Part shown: piece by piece, positions 29,701 to 40,008 of the stretch
Numbering within the stretch: the stretch's first letter is position 1
How the letters are laid out: every line of letters starts with the position of its first letter
Source of the DNA: an uncultured Gemmatimonadales bacterium
Lineage (GTDB): Bacteria; Gemmatimonadota; Gemmatimonadetes; Longimicrobiales; Gaopeijiaceae
DNA length: 64,000 nucleotides
Assembly (NCBI GenBank): GCA_963823035.1
Contig: CAWGKG010000017.1
Location: forward strand, 160,001 to 224,000
Direction of reading: 5' to 3'
The notes under the pieces: generated by a model
Databases searched by the model: none
The model's input: the letters and a program-made list of their open reading frames with translations, nothing else
What the model was told of the DNA's origin: nothing
Position numbers and translations under genes: made by a program

Positions 29701-31182
29701 CTACAGCCCGCGCCGCGCCCGACTCCGGTAGAACGTCGCGCGCCCTGCGATGGCCGCCCCACCGGCCGCGGCGAGCGCCGCGGCGAGTGCGCCCACGCCG
29801 CCCCACCCCGCGAGCCCCGTCACGGAGAGCGCCAGCGCGATGACCAGAAGCGCGGGACGCAGGGCGCCCGCTCGTGACGCGTCCGCCCGCACCTGGTTGA
29901 GTCCGGCGTCCACCTCCGCGAACGCGCGGCGACGCACGGACCGCCACGCGGGCTCGAGCGCCAGCTCCATCGCCAGGCACGCCGCCGCCAGGAGGACGAG
30001 GCCACGCGGTGTGCTCCCAGCGCCCGTAGCGGAGCCGACGGCCAACCCGGCGGCCAGTCCTCCGAGCGACCCCGAGGTCAGGAAGAAGGCCGCCGTCGTG
30101 AGGGGCGTGTCCCACGCCGGCACGGTCCGGATCCGATAGACGCGCGACATCGCGTAGACCAGACCGACGCCCGTGACGGCCGCGAATGCCGTGAGCGCGG
30201 AGACGACCCCGGGGGAGGCCTCCGCACCGCCACCGACGCCGAACGACCGGGTCGCTACCACGGCGCCCCACCCGCCGACGAAGAGCGCCAGGAACAGGAT
30301 CTCCCGGCTCAACCAGGAGGTCTCCAGGTTCGCCAACGAGCGCCACGCGTTCCGAGGTGAGCCCAGATGGAGGAGAGAGACCGACGCCGCCGCCACGGCC
30401 AGCAGACCGACCACGAGCAGGGCGGCCACGGACGGACCGCGCGGAGCGCTCGCGGCGCCGGGAATCCACCCCACACCCGCCAGAGCACAGAACATCCCCA
30501 CGGCGGCTTGGGCGAGGAGCGAAAAGGCCACGAGGGACCGCTCGCCCATCCCGGGCCGCTCCTCGCCCCGCACCTCCTCCCGATTCGCGACCCGCGCGCC
30601 ACCTTCCGCCGCACGGGCGGCCGCCGGGTGCGGCGCCAACGACGACGCGGGCCGCGTCAGCGTGGGATCCGGGAGCGGGTACATCGCCGGACTCGCCCCG
30701 TGGCGCGCCTCCAGCTCCACCCTGTCGCCGAAATCCAGCACCCGCTGGGGGCACGCCGTCACGCACGCGGGCGCACCACCCCGGTCGAGCTCGTCAACGC
30801 AGAACGTGCACTTGCCCATGCGCCCACGCATCGGGTCGTACTGCGGCGCGCCGTAGGGACAGGCCCACTCGCAGTAGCGGCACCCCAGGCAACGATCCGG
30901 GTCCAGCAACACCAGCCCGTCGGGGCGTCGTGTGATGGCGCTCGCCGGGCACACCTCCATGCAGATCGGCCGCTCGCAGTGGTTGCATGCGACGGAGACG
31001 TTGTAGGCGAAGACGTCGTTGAGCCACGCTCCGTCGCGCCGCGTCCAGCCGCCACCCGCCACCTCGTAGACACGCCGCCAGCGCACGCCCACCGGGAGGT
31101 CGTGCTTGTCCTTGCAGGCGACCTGGCACGCCTTGCACCCCGAGCAGGCGGAGGCGTCGAACCAGAAGGCGTTCGCGCTCAC
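29701..31182 (-). CDS. dmsBC: DMSO reductase-like iron-sulfur subunit fused in frame to a DmsC-type membrane anchor
   Basis: Four ferredoxin Cys groups (CSGCKACQVAC, CNHCERPICMEVCP, CLGCRYCEWACP, KCTFC...CVTACP), then SLVAFSLLAQ, SLLHLGSP and SWLSREI. Confidence 0.85.
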   Translation of the reverse strand: MSANAFWFDASACSGCKACQVACKDKHDLPVGVRWRRVYEVAGGGWTRRDGAWLNDVFAYNVSVACNHCERPICMEVCPASAITRRPDGLVLLDPDRCLGCRYCEWACPYGAPQYDPMRGRMGKCTFCVDELDRGGAPACVTACPQRVLDFGDRVELEARHGASPAMYPLPDPTLTRPASSLAPHPAAARAAEGGARVANREEVRGEERPGMGERSLVAFSLLAQAAVGMFCALAGVGWIPGAASAPRGPSVAALLVVGLLAVAAASVSLLHLGSPRNAWRSLANLETSWLSREILFLALFVGGWGAVVATRSFGVGGGAEASPGVVSALTAFAAVTGVGLVYAMSRVYRIRTVPAWDTPLTTAAFFLTSGSLGGLAAGLAVGSATGAGSTPRGLVLLAAACLAMELALEPAWRSVRRRAFAEVDAGLNQVRADASRAGALRPALLVIALALSVTGLAGWGGVGALAAALAAAGGAAIAGRATFYRSRARRGL

Positions 31183-33516
31183 GCCCGCCACCGCTCCACC
31201 TCCACCATCGCCGTATGCTGCGCGGTGGCGTGGGCGAGCCGCGTCCACCGCTCGGAGGTCAGCACGTTGATGGCGCCGCGCCGGTCCACGCCGTCCGCAT
31301 CGGGCGACCACCAGGCGCCCTGCGGGATGTCCACCACGCCGGGCATGATCCGGGGCGTGACCCGGCAGGGCAGGACCATCTCGCCGCGGTCGTTCCATAC
31401 GCGCACCGGGTCGCCGTCGCCGATGCCACGCTCGCGCGCGTCCACCTCGTTGAGGAAGACCCGGTGGGGAAAGGCCTCTTCCAGCCAGTCGTTGTTGTCG
31501 TGCGTCGAGTGGACCCGGGCCATCGAGTGGTGTCCCATGGCCTGGAGCGGATAGCGCTCGGCGTCGGAGCCGAACGGGCTTTCCCACTCCTCGAGGTACT
31601 GCGGCACCGCCGGGATCCAGGGGTCGTCCATGTCGTGGAGCGCCTTCGAGAAGATCTCGATCTTCCCCGAAGGCGTCGGCAGGGGGTGCGCCACCGGGTC
31701 CGCCCGGAAGTCGGCGAGCGCCACGGCCGGCTCCGTCACGGGGCGGGAATGGACGCCCTGGTTGGACGCCTCCATCTCGTCGAGGGTCGGGAGATCCGGG
31801 AACCGCGTCTCCCGGAACCGATCCAGCGCCCACGCCACCCACCCGCGCTCGTCCCGCCCTTCCGTGTACGCTTCGGCGATGCCCAGCCGCTCGGCCACGT
31901 CGGCGCAGATCCGATAGTCGGTCCGGCACTCGCCCGGCGGCTCGACCAGGGGAGGCATGAGCAGCACCTCGTCCCCGTACTTCCACCCGTCCTCGACGCC
32001 CCACGTCTCGAACTGCGTGGCGACCGGCAGGACCAGGTCCGCGAAGCGGGCCGTGGGCGTGAGGAACTGGTCCTGCACCGCGATGAACTCGACCCGTGAT
32101 TCGTCCGCCAGGATGCGCGCCGTGCGATTGATGTTGGCGTGCTGGTTCACGAGCGCGTTGCTGGCCACCGCCCAGATCAAGCGGACGTCGCTCTTCAGGC
32201 GTCGCCCGTCGTCTCCGCCACGCCCGGCCACGGCGGCGGCCGCGCTCTCGGAGCCTTCCCCGCCGTCCGCACCATCGAACAGGATGCCGTCGGCCGCTCC
32301 GAGCTCCCGGCCGCGCAGCACCGCCTCGGTCCAGAGGAAGCAGGGGACGGCGGCGCCCACCGGGTTCCTTCCCACCGGGAAGACGTTCCACAACGGGCCG
32401 CCGTCCGGCGCCTGGAGCGCCAGCCCGCCCGCCCAGCCGCCCGGGACGCCCACGTTGCCCGTGAGCGCGGCGAGGGCGGCGCCGGCCCGCACCACCTGCT
32501 CACCATGCGCCCGGCGCTGCATGCCGTAACCCTGGTAGAGCACGCCGGGCTTGCGTGTCGCGTACTCCCGCGCGATACGCGCGATGGTCTCGCGCGGCAC
32601 CCCGGTGATCGGCTCCGCCCAGTCGGGCGTCTTGGCCTGCCCGTCGCGCGTGCCCAGGAGGTAGTCGCTCCAGCTCGTGGCCCCCTCGCATCCCGCCGGC
32701 ATCTGGGTGCCGTCGACGCCGATGCAGTGGGTACGCACGAACGCCGCGTCGTGCAGACCCTCGCGTGAGGATGACGTAGGCCATCGCGCTCATCATGGCC
32801 GCGTCCGTGCCGGGGCGAATCGGGATCCACTCGTCCGCCAGCGACGCGGCGCTCATGCTCAGGCGCGGGTCCACACAGACGACACGGGCGCCCTTCCGGC
32901 GCGCCAGCTGGAGGAAGTACTCCGTGTTCGTGCCGTCCCGCATCTCGGCCGGGTTCCAGCTCCACATCAGGATGGTCTTCGCGTTCAGCCAATCCTGACG
33001 CTGGTTCCCCGTCTCCACCGTGCCGTAGACCGTGGGCGTGGCGACGTTGATGGCGCCCCACGAGTAGCTGTTCCAGATCCCGAGGCACCCGCCGTAGAGA
33101 TTAAGCAGCCTACGCGCCGTCTGGGACCCGTTGGTCTGGCTGTAGCTGCCCGTGCCGTAGGGCACGAAGAGCGCGCCGTTTCCGTAGGTGTCCCGAACCC
33201 GCCGGATCTCTCCGGCCAGGAGGTCCAGCGCCTCGTCCCAACCGATCCGCTCGAAGCGGCCCTCCCCGCGCGCGCCCACCCGCCGCAGCGGATGCAGGAG
33301 GCGGTCGGGGTGGTACTGGCGCCGCAGGTACGCGCGCCCGCGTGTGCACGCCCTCAGCTGTGGATCCGCCACTCCGTCGGGACGGTCGTCGGTCTCCAGA
33401 CGTACGATCACGCCGTCCCGCACGTGCGCCTTCAGGAGGCAGCGGCCACCGCAGTTGTGCGCGGGGCAGCCCACGCGCACCACGCGGTCGGACGACGCCT
33501 CCCCGGCTCGGGCCAT
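31179..33516 (-). CDS. dmsA: DMSO/selenate reductase family molybdopterin catalytic subunit (frameshift near 32760, no Tat leader)
   Basis: CPAHNCGGRC, LRACTRGR, WIPIRPGTDAA, ADLVLP, TPSGKIEI, RVHSTHDN and GAINVLT. Confidence 0.9.
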
Positions 33517-33679
33517 CTGCATCTCGGGTGGTGGGGAGGGATACCCGAAAGCTGTCCGCACGCCCGAGTCTCGGCAACGGCGTCGGGGTCGAGCGCCCTC
33601 CTCCACAGGTCGTTCACACGCTGGTGCCATCCTCCGTGCGAGGCGGGCACCGATCACGACTGCAGGGGGTGGAGGGGTC

Positions 33680-35410
33680 ATGGACGCAGCACGCGGTGAG
33701 TTGGGGCTCTTCAGGACGATTGTGGCGATCACCGTGATGTCGTTCGGGCCGCACGCGGCCCCGGCCGCGGCCCAGCAGGGCCCCCCACCGGCGGTGCGGG
33801 AGAGCGTCGACGCGGTGGTGGCCTACGTCACGGGGCCGGACCCGGCGCCACCGGCCGCGCTCCTGGAGCGTGTGGCCGACGGCTACCGCGCGAGCTTCGC
33901 CTCGGCGCAGGCGTTCGCGGACCACCTGGTGGGGCTGCGCGCCGCCGTCGGAGGGGAAGCGGGCGACATCGCGGTCGAGCGGGACGACGAGGGTCTGGTG
34001 CTCCACATCGAGGGGCGGGGCGTCGCGAACATCCGCATGGTGATCGACGAGGACACCGGCCGCATCGGCAGGCTGGACCTCATCGACGTGGAGACGCGGC
34101 CGGGCGGAGGGCCGGACGCGGACCCGGCGGGGCGTGCCCTCGAAGGACGCGTGGGGGCACTCCTCCATCTTGCCAGCGAGGATGGGGCGACCGAGGCGTT
34201 CCTGGCGTCGGCGATGACGCCGGAGCTCGTGGCGACCCGGTCACGAGAGGCATGGCTGGCGCTCCTGGCGCGGGTCGGGCGGATCGCCGCGGCGGCGCAG
34301 ACCGTGGACGCGGTTCCAGACGGAAGCGGCCTCCGGGTCACGCTGCGGGCGGGCGGAACCGTGGCGGAGGTCCGGATGGCGGTGGAACCTTCGCCCCCGT
34401 ATCGCGTCGCGTCTCTGGCGGTCGACACTGCCGCCGCCACCCCTGAGCCGTCGGGGCCGCCGATCACGTGGGCATCCCTCGAGGACAGGCTCCGGACCAC
34501 CGAGGGCTTCTCGGGCGCCGTCCTCGCGATCCGGGACGGGGAGGTCGTACTGCACAGGGGCTTCGGGATGGCGAACCGCGCCCTCGGGATCCCCAACACG
34601 ACGAGCACCGTCTTCGACATCGGGTCGATCCCCATCGACTTCACGCGCGCCGCAGTGCTCCTCCTGGTGCAGGAGGGTCGCATCGACCTCGACCATTCGA
34701 TCGACCGGTATCTGCCCGACGTGCCGGAGGACAAGCGGCCCATCACGATCCGACACCTCCTCGAGGGCCGCTCCGGCCTGCAGAACTTCCACGACCTCGC
34801 GGAAGACGACGACGCGGACCTCACCCCGATCGATCGGGAGACGGCAGAGCGCCGGATTCTCGCCGAACGGCTGCTCTTCGCGCCGGGCGGCGACAACTCC
34901 CCCTCGCACTCCGCCTTCGGCCTCCTGGCCGCGATCGTGGAGCGGGTGTCGCACACCACCTACGCCGCGTTCCTGGAGCGCCGGTTCTTCGCCCCGGCGG
35001 GCATGCGACGCACCGGCTTCTATGGGGACGATCTCGGTCTGCCCGCCGGGGACTTCGCGGTCGGCTACGGCGGGACGCAGGTCGGGGATCCCAACATCCC
35101 TCCGAACTGGGGCCCCGCTTCCTGGCTGGTGGTCGGCAGCGGGGGCATGGTCTCCACGGTCGACGACCTGAACCGGTGGTTCACCTTCGTGCGCTCCGGC
35201 CGCGTGCTCCACGGCGACGCGCTGGCCGCCTATCTCGAGCGGGGCTCGGCCCTGGGCGGCACGGACCGCGGTTTCTGGAGCGTGCATGCGTGGGCGGGAG
35301 GTGACAACATGGTGTTCGTCACGAGCAACTCGGGCCTGCGCAATCCGGAGGTCGGCGCGCTACCGCGCGTCATCATCGACCTGGTACGCGGGGACGGGGT
35401 GGTGCGCTGA
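33680..35410 (+). CDS. Secreted beta-lactamase-fold (serine hydrolase) protein with an N-terminal extension and atypical catalytic motifs
   Basis: GFSGAVL, TVFDIGSIPIDFT, ITIRHLL, LLFAPG and GGMVSTVDDL. Confidence 0.8.
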   Translation: MDAARGELGLFRTIVAITVMSFGPHAAPAAAQQGPPPAVRESVDAVVAYVTGPDPAPPAALLERVADGYRASFASAQAFADHLVGLRAAVGGEAGDIAVERDDEGLVLHIEGRGVANIRMVIDEDTGRIGRLDLIDVETRPGGGPDADPAGRALEGRVGALLHLASEDGATEAFLASAMTPELVATRSREAWLALLARVGRIAAAAQTVDAVPDGSGLRVTLRAGGTVAEVRMAVEPSPPYRVASLAVDTAAATPEPSGPPITWASLEDRLRTTEGFSGAVLAIRDGEVVLHRGFGMANRALGIPNTTSTVFDIGSIPIDFTRAAVLLLVQEGRIDLDHSIDRYLPDVPEDKRPITIRHLLEGRSGLQNFHDLAEDDDADLTPIDRETAERRILAERLLFAPGGDNSPSHSAFGLLAAIVERVSHTTYAAFLERRFFAPAGMRRTGFYGDDLGLPAGDFAVGYGGTQVGDPNIPPNWGPASWLVVGSGGMVSTVDDLNRWFTFVRSGRVLHGDALAAYLERGSALGGTDRGFWSVHAWAGGDNMVFVTSNSGLRNPEVGALPRVIIDLVRGDGVVR

Positions 35411-35465
35411 CGCGCGGAGGCCCTCCGGCCAGGAGGGTCGATTCCCACACGAGCCGAGGAACGAC

Positions 35466-36203
35466 TTGACCGCGCCGGTCCCGGGATCCTCGATCCTCCT
35501 GGTGGAGGACGACTTCAAGACGGCCGACACCGTGGCGCTCTACCTGCGGCACGCGGGACACCGGGTGGCTCTGGTGCGAGACGGCACCGAGGGGCTGGCG
35601 CGCGCCGTGGAGGAGCCGTTCGACCTCGTGATCCTCGACCGCATGCTCCCGGGGATCGAGGGGCTGGACGTATGCTCCCGGATCCGGGAGCGCTCGGACG
35701 TGCCCATCATCATGCTCACGGCCGTGGGCGGGGAGCGGGACCGCCTCGAGGGGTTCGCGACCGGCGCCGACGACTACGTGGTGAAGCCCTTCAGCCCGCG
35801 AGAGCTCGTCGCCCGCGCCCACGCCGTGCTCCGGCGAGCGGACGCCCGGGCGGCGCGGCGGGAGGGGGTCCTGCGCGTCGGCCCCCTCGTGCTGGACGTC
35901 CCGGGGCGCACGGCGACTGTGCACGGGCACGAGATCCCGCTCAGCCCGACCGAGCACCGCTTGCTGACCGTCCTGGCCCGGGCGCCCGGCCGCACCTTCT
36001 CCCGCCGGGAGCTACGCGAACGCGCCCTCTCCCGCGACAGCGACGCGGACGACCGCGTCATCGACTCCCACGTGAAGAACCTACGCCGCAAGCTCGCCGA
36101 GGCTCCGGGCGGGCCGGACGGCGACCCCGGAGACGCCCCGTCGCTCCTGCGCACCGTGTTCGGGGCGGGCTACAAGCTCGTGGATCCGTCCCGTGATCCG
36201 TAG
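35466..36203 (+). CDS. OmpR-family response regulator (BaeR-like)
   Basis: ILLVEDD, LDRMLPG, GADDYVVKPFSPREL and DSHVKNLRRKL. Confidence 0.93.
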   Translation: MTAPVPGSSILLVEDDFKTADTVALYLRHAGHRVALVRDGTEGLARAVEEPFDLVILDRMLPGIEGLDVCSRIRERSDVPIIMLTAVGGERDRLEGFATGADDYVVKPFSPRELVARAHAVLRRADARAARREGVLRVGPLVLDVPGRTATVHGHEIPLSPTEHRLLTVLARAPGRTFSRRELRERALSRDSDADDRVIDSHVKNLRRKLAEAPGGPDGDPGDAPSLLRTVFGAGYKLVDPSRDP

Positions 36204-37632
36204 CCTGCGCGCCCAGATCGTCTTCCTCGCCGTGGGCTCGACGATCGGCGCGATGCTCGTGGTCGGTCTCGGCACCCAGCGGATGGTGCGACGGGAGTTC
36301 GAGGCCACCCTCACCGCGCAGGGCGGGCAACCCATCCGGGAGGTCCCCACCACGGAGCTGACGACGCTCCTGCAGTCGCAGGGGTGGGACGGCCTGCGCG
36401 CGTGGGTGGCGGCGCGCGCGCGCGGCGGCGATCGGTTCCTGGCGATCGATCCGTCGGGCCGCGTGATGGCCGCACCCGACTCGGCCATCCCCGCCTGGAG
36501 CGCGAGGCCGGCGCCCGACTCGGGATGGGTCCTCGAGTCGCGGCACGCGGGGGAGCTGACCCGCTTCGTCCTGAGCGGGGGCGTGCCGCTGCTGTCGGCC
36601 CGGGGCGACACGGCGGCGCTCGCGTTCGCCCTGCCACCGGAGGACGATGCCGTCGCCGCCGACACGTCGGAGGGAGGCGCCTGGCGCGCCTTCGGGCGTC
36701 GCCTCTGGCTGATGATCGCGATGGTCGTCGTGTTGGCGACCACGGTCGCCGTCGCGCTGAGCGCTCGTGTCGCCCGCCCTCTCCAGCGTCTGGCGGCCGC
36801 GGCCCGGATGGTGGGCAGCGGGAACTTCACGGCCCGTGTCGAGGAGGGCCGTACGGTCGAGCTCGCCGAGGTGACGAAGGCGTTCAACGCCATGGCCGGC
36901 GCGCTCGAGCGGTCGGAAGCGCAGCGTCACCGCATGGCCCGGGACGTGGCGCACGAGCTGCGCACACCCCTCACCAACCTCCGCGGGCAGATCGAGTCCA
37001 TGCAGGATGGGCTACGCCCTGCCGACGAGGCCGGGCTCCGGTCCCTCCTCGAAGAGGCCACCCTCCTGGAGCGCCTCGTCCGGGACCTGGGTCAGCTCGC
37101 CGACGCGGACGCGGGTCGCCTGGAGGTGGACCCTTCCGTGACGGCGCTGGAGCCGGAGATACGGCGCACGGTCGAGGCGTTCGTTCAGGCAGGTCGGGCG
37201 CCGGGGGGGCGGGTCGCGTGGGCCGTTCCGGCGGACCTGTGCGTCCACGCGGACGCGCGCCGCGTCGGGCAGGTCCTGAGGAACCTGATCGACAACGCTC
37301 TCGTGCACGCACCCGGCTCGTCGGTCCGCATCGCGGCCGGTCCGGACATCGAAGGCGCCGGGATGATCCGGGTGACCGTCGATGACGACGGTCCCGGGCT
37401 CGACCCGTCCCACCTACCCTTCGTCTTCGAGCGGCTCTATCGTGCAGATCCGTCACGCGGCCGGGAGACGGGCGGCAGAGGCCTGGGGCTGGCGATCGTA
37501 CGTGAGCTGGTGGAGGCGCAGGGAGGTCAGGTCGGGATCGAGAGCGCGCAGGGAGAGGGCGCCCGGCTCTGGTTCACGCTCCCGGGCGTTCCGGGAGATC
37601 AGCGCACGCGCGGAGGAGGTGGCGCGCCATGA
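36193..37632 (+). CDS. HAMP-domain sensor histidine kinase (BaeS-like)
   Basis: Two TM segments, a HAMP domain, AHELRTPL, NLIDNA, DDGPG and GRGLGLAI. Confidence 0.93.
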   Translation: MIRSLRAQIVFLAVGSTIGAMLVVGLGTQRMVRREFEATLTAQGGQPIREVPTTELTTLLQSQGWDGLRAWVAARARGGDRFLAIDPSGRVMAAPDSAIPAWSARPAPDSGWVLESRHAGELTRFVLSGGVPLLSARGDTAALAFALPPEDDAVAADTSEGGAWRAFGRRLWLMIAMVVVLATTVAVALSARVARPLQRLAAAARMVGSGNFTARVEEGRTVELAEVTKAFNAMAGALERSEAQRHRMARDVAHELRTPLTNLRGQIESMQDGLRPADEAGLRSLLEEATLLERLVRDLGQLADADAGRLEVDPSVTALEPEIRRTVEAFVQAGRAPGGRVAWAVPADLCVHADARRVGQVLRNLIDNALVHAPGSSVRIAAGPDIEGAGMIRVTVDDDGPGLDPSHLPFVFERLYRADPSRGRETGGRGLGLAIVRELVEAQGGQVGIESAQGEGARLWFTLPGVPGDQRTRGGGGAP

Positions 37633-38189
37633 CGAAGGGATCGGGACGGAGGGGCCGGTGGCTTCTCCTCGGCGCGGGCGCCCCCGTGGCGATCGCGCTG
37701 CTCGTGCTCGGCATCGGGCTGGTGCTGCCGAGCGATCACGTCGCGCGCATGTCCGTCGATCTCCGCGCGACACCCGACCGTGTCTGGGAGCTGGTGTCCG
37801 ACGTCGCCGGCACCGCCCGATGGCGACCCGAGGTGGAGGCCGTGGACATCGTCGAGACGGCCGAGGACGGCCGGGTCGTGCGGTTCGTCGAGCGCTCGTC
37901 CTACGGGGATACCCCCTTCGCGGTCGTGTCCCGGACGGCGCCTTCCCGACAGGTCGCCCGGGTCGAGGACGAAGGGCTGCCGTTCGGCGGCACGTGGACG
38001 TGGGAGCTCGCTTCCGCCGGGAGCGGCACGCGGCTCACGATCACGGAGGACGGATTCGTGCGGAGTCCCTTCTTTCGCGTCATGAGCCGACTGTTCTTTC
38101 CCCCGACCGCGACGATGGACGGATACCTGCGCGCGCTCTCCACCGAGCTGGGCGAGGCGACCGAGCCGCGCGTGCTTCAGGCGCGATAG
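37629..38189 (+). CDS. SRPBCC family protein with an N-terminal membrane anchor
   Basis: TPDRVWELVSD, LPFGGTWTWEL and TRLTITEDG. Confidence 0.8.
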   Translation: MTKGSGRRGRWLLLGAGAPVAIALLVLGIGLVLPSDHVARMSVDLRATPDRVWELVSDVAGTARWRPEVEAVDIVETAEDGRVVRFVERSSYGDTPFAVVSRTAPSRQVARVEDEGLPFGGTWTWELASAGSGTRLTITEDGFVRSPFFRVMSRLFFPPTATMDGYLRALSTELGEATEPRVLQAR

Positions 38190-38276
38190 GAGAAGCGCTT
38201 CCCATCCGGACCTTGATCGACCCGGCCGGAGGACACTACCGTTAGGCACTGCGGGCGACTCGATCTGGAGCGAACC

Positions 38277-38387
38277 ATGCGCAGGGACATCCTCACCACC
38301 GCCACCCCCCTCGGTACGGCCCACGCCGTCACCGCACGGGTGGCATTCGATTTCGGGCCGGTCCCGGACGGAGGATGTCCCAGGTAG
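38277..38387 (+). CDS. Putative 36-aa leader peptide (uORF) of the MATE gene
   Basis: GGAG RBS and ATG. Translates to MRRDILTTATPLGTAHAVTARVAFDFGPVPDGGCPR*. The stop is 23 nt before a strong hairpin. Confidence 0.55.
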   Translation: MRRDILTTATPLGTAHAVTARVAFDFGPVPDGGCPR

Positions 38388-38410
38388 CAGCTCCAGGCGC
38401 AAGCGCATTC

Positions 38411-38455
38411 GAAGCGGCCTCCCGGGTTTTCCACCCGGGAGGCCGCTTCTCTTTA
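38411..38455 (+). terminator. Intrinsic terminator or attenuator hairpin upstream of the MATE gene
   Basis: Perfect 17-bp stem GAAGCGGCCTCCCGGGT / ACCCGGGAGGCCGCTTC with a 5-nt loop, followed by TCTTT. Confidence 0.8.
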
Positions 38456-38477
38456 CCCGGACCACGGGTCGAGGACG

Positions 38478-39906
38478 ATGACGAGGACGACGACGGGGGA
38501 AGACGAGGGGCGCACGCCGGGAACCTCCTGGCCAACCCTCGTGATGGACGCCCTGAGGGGGCGTGGCGGAGACCTGACCGAGGTGCCCCTCGGCAGCGCG
38601 ATCCTCTTCCTCGCCGTGCCGATGGTGCTCGAGATGGCCATGGAGTCAGTGTTCGCGGTCGTGGACATCTTCTTCGTGTCCCGCCTCGGCGTCGCGCGCG
38701 GTGGCAGCCGTCGGACTGACGGAGTCGCTCCTGGCCATCGTGTACACGGTGGCCATGGGGCTGTCGATCGGCGTGACCGCGACGGTGGCGAGGCGCATCG
38801 GCGAGAAGGACCCGGAGCGCGCGTCCCTCGCGACCGGCCAGGCCATCCTGCTGGCGCTCGGGGTGGCGGCCGTGCTGGGGGGCCTGGGCGTGTGGCTCGC
38901 ATCCGACCTGCTCGGCCTCATGGGCGCGGACGACCGCGTGATCGCGCAGGGCGTCGGCTACACGCGCACGCTCCTGGGCACCAACGGCGTCGTGCTGCTC
39001 CTCTTCCTGCTGAACGCGGCGTTCCGCGGGGCGGGCGACGCGGCCATCGCCATGCGCGTGCTCTGGATCGCGAACGGGCTCAACCTGGTGTTGGACCCGG
39101 CGCTGATCTTCGGCCTGGGCCCCTTTCCGGAGCTCGGCGTGACGGGGGCGGCCGTCGCGACCGTGTTGGGACGCGGCACGGCGGTGGTGGTGCAGCTCGT
39201 CGTGTTGTTCCGGCTCGGGGGGCGATTGTCCGTGGCCGTGAGGCACCTGGTGCCGCGGCTCGAGGTGATGGCGAGGCTCGTGCGCCTGTCTGCGACGGGG
39301 ACGTTCCAGGTCTTCGTGTCCACCGCGAGCTGGATCGGCCTCGTCCGGGTCATCGCCGGCTTCGGAGCCGAGGCGGTGGCCGGGTACACGGTGGCCATCC
39401 GTATCGTGCTCTTCGCGCTGCTTCCCGCGTGGGGGCTGGCCAACGCCGCGGCCACGCTGGTGGGGCAGAGCCTGGGAGCCTCCAAGCCCGATCGGGCCGA
39501 CCGGGCCGTATGGCTCGCGGGTCGCATGAACTTCGCGTTCCTGGGATGCGTGGGCCTGGTGTTCCTCGTTTTCGCGCCGGGGATCGTGGGCGTGTTCGGG
39601 GTCGATGCCGCGAGCTCACTGCACGCGGTCCACGGTCTGCGCATCCTGAGCGCGGGGTTCCTCTTCTACGCCTATGGCATGGTGATGACGGCCGCGTTCA
39701 ACGGCGCCGGAGACGCGTGGACGCCCACCTGGTTGAACCTCGCGTGTTTCTGGGCGCTCGAGATCCCGCTCGCATGGTGGTTGAGCTATCCGCTCGGGTG
39801 GGGCCCCGACGGCGTCTTCGCCGCGATCACCGTCGCCTTCTCGACGATCGCCGTCGCGTCGGCCGCGATCTTCCGCCGGGGACGATGGAAGGTGGTCACC
39901 GTCTGA
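38478..39906 (+). CDS. MATE family efflux transporter (frameshift near 38695)
   Basis: LAVPMVLEMAMESVFAVVDIFFVSRLG, NAAFRGAGDA, NLVLDPALIFG, GLANAAATLVGQSLGA and AFNGAGD. Confidence 0.92.
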
Positions 39907-40008
39907 GGGGCGACACGCGTCGCCGTCGCCCGCGACCGACGACGACGCCATGGCACCTCGCGACGGGAAGGTGGCGAGTCACGCCGGTGGTCGCCTAGGT
40001 TGGGGCGC

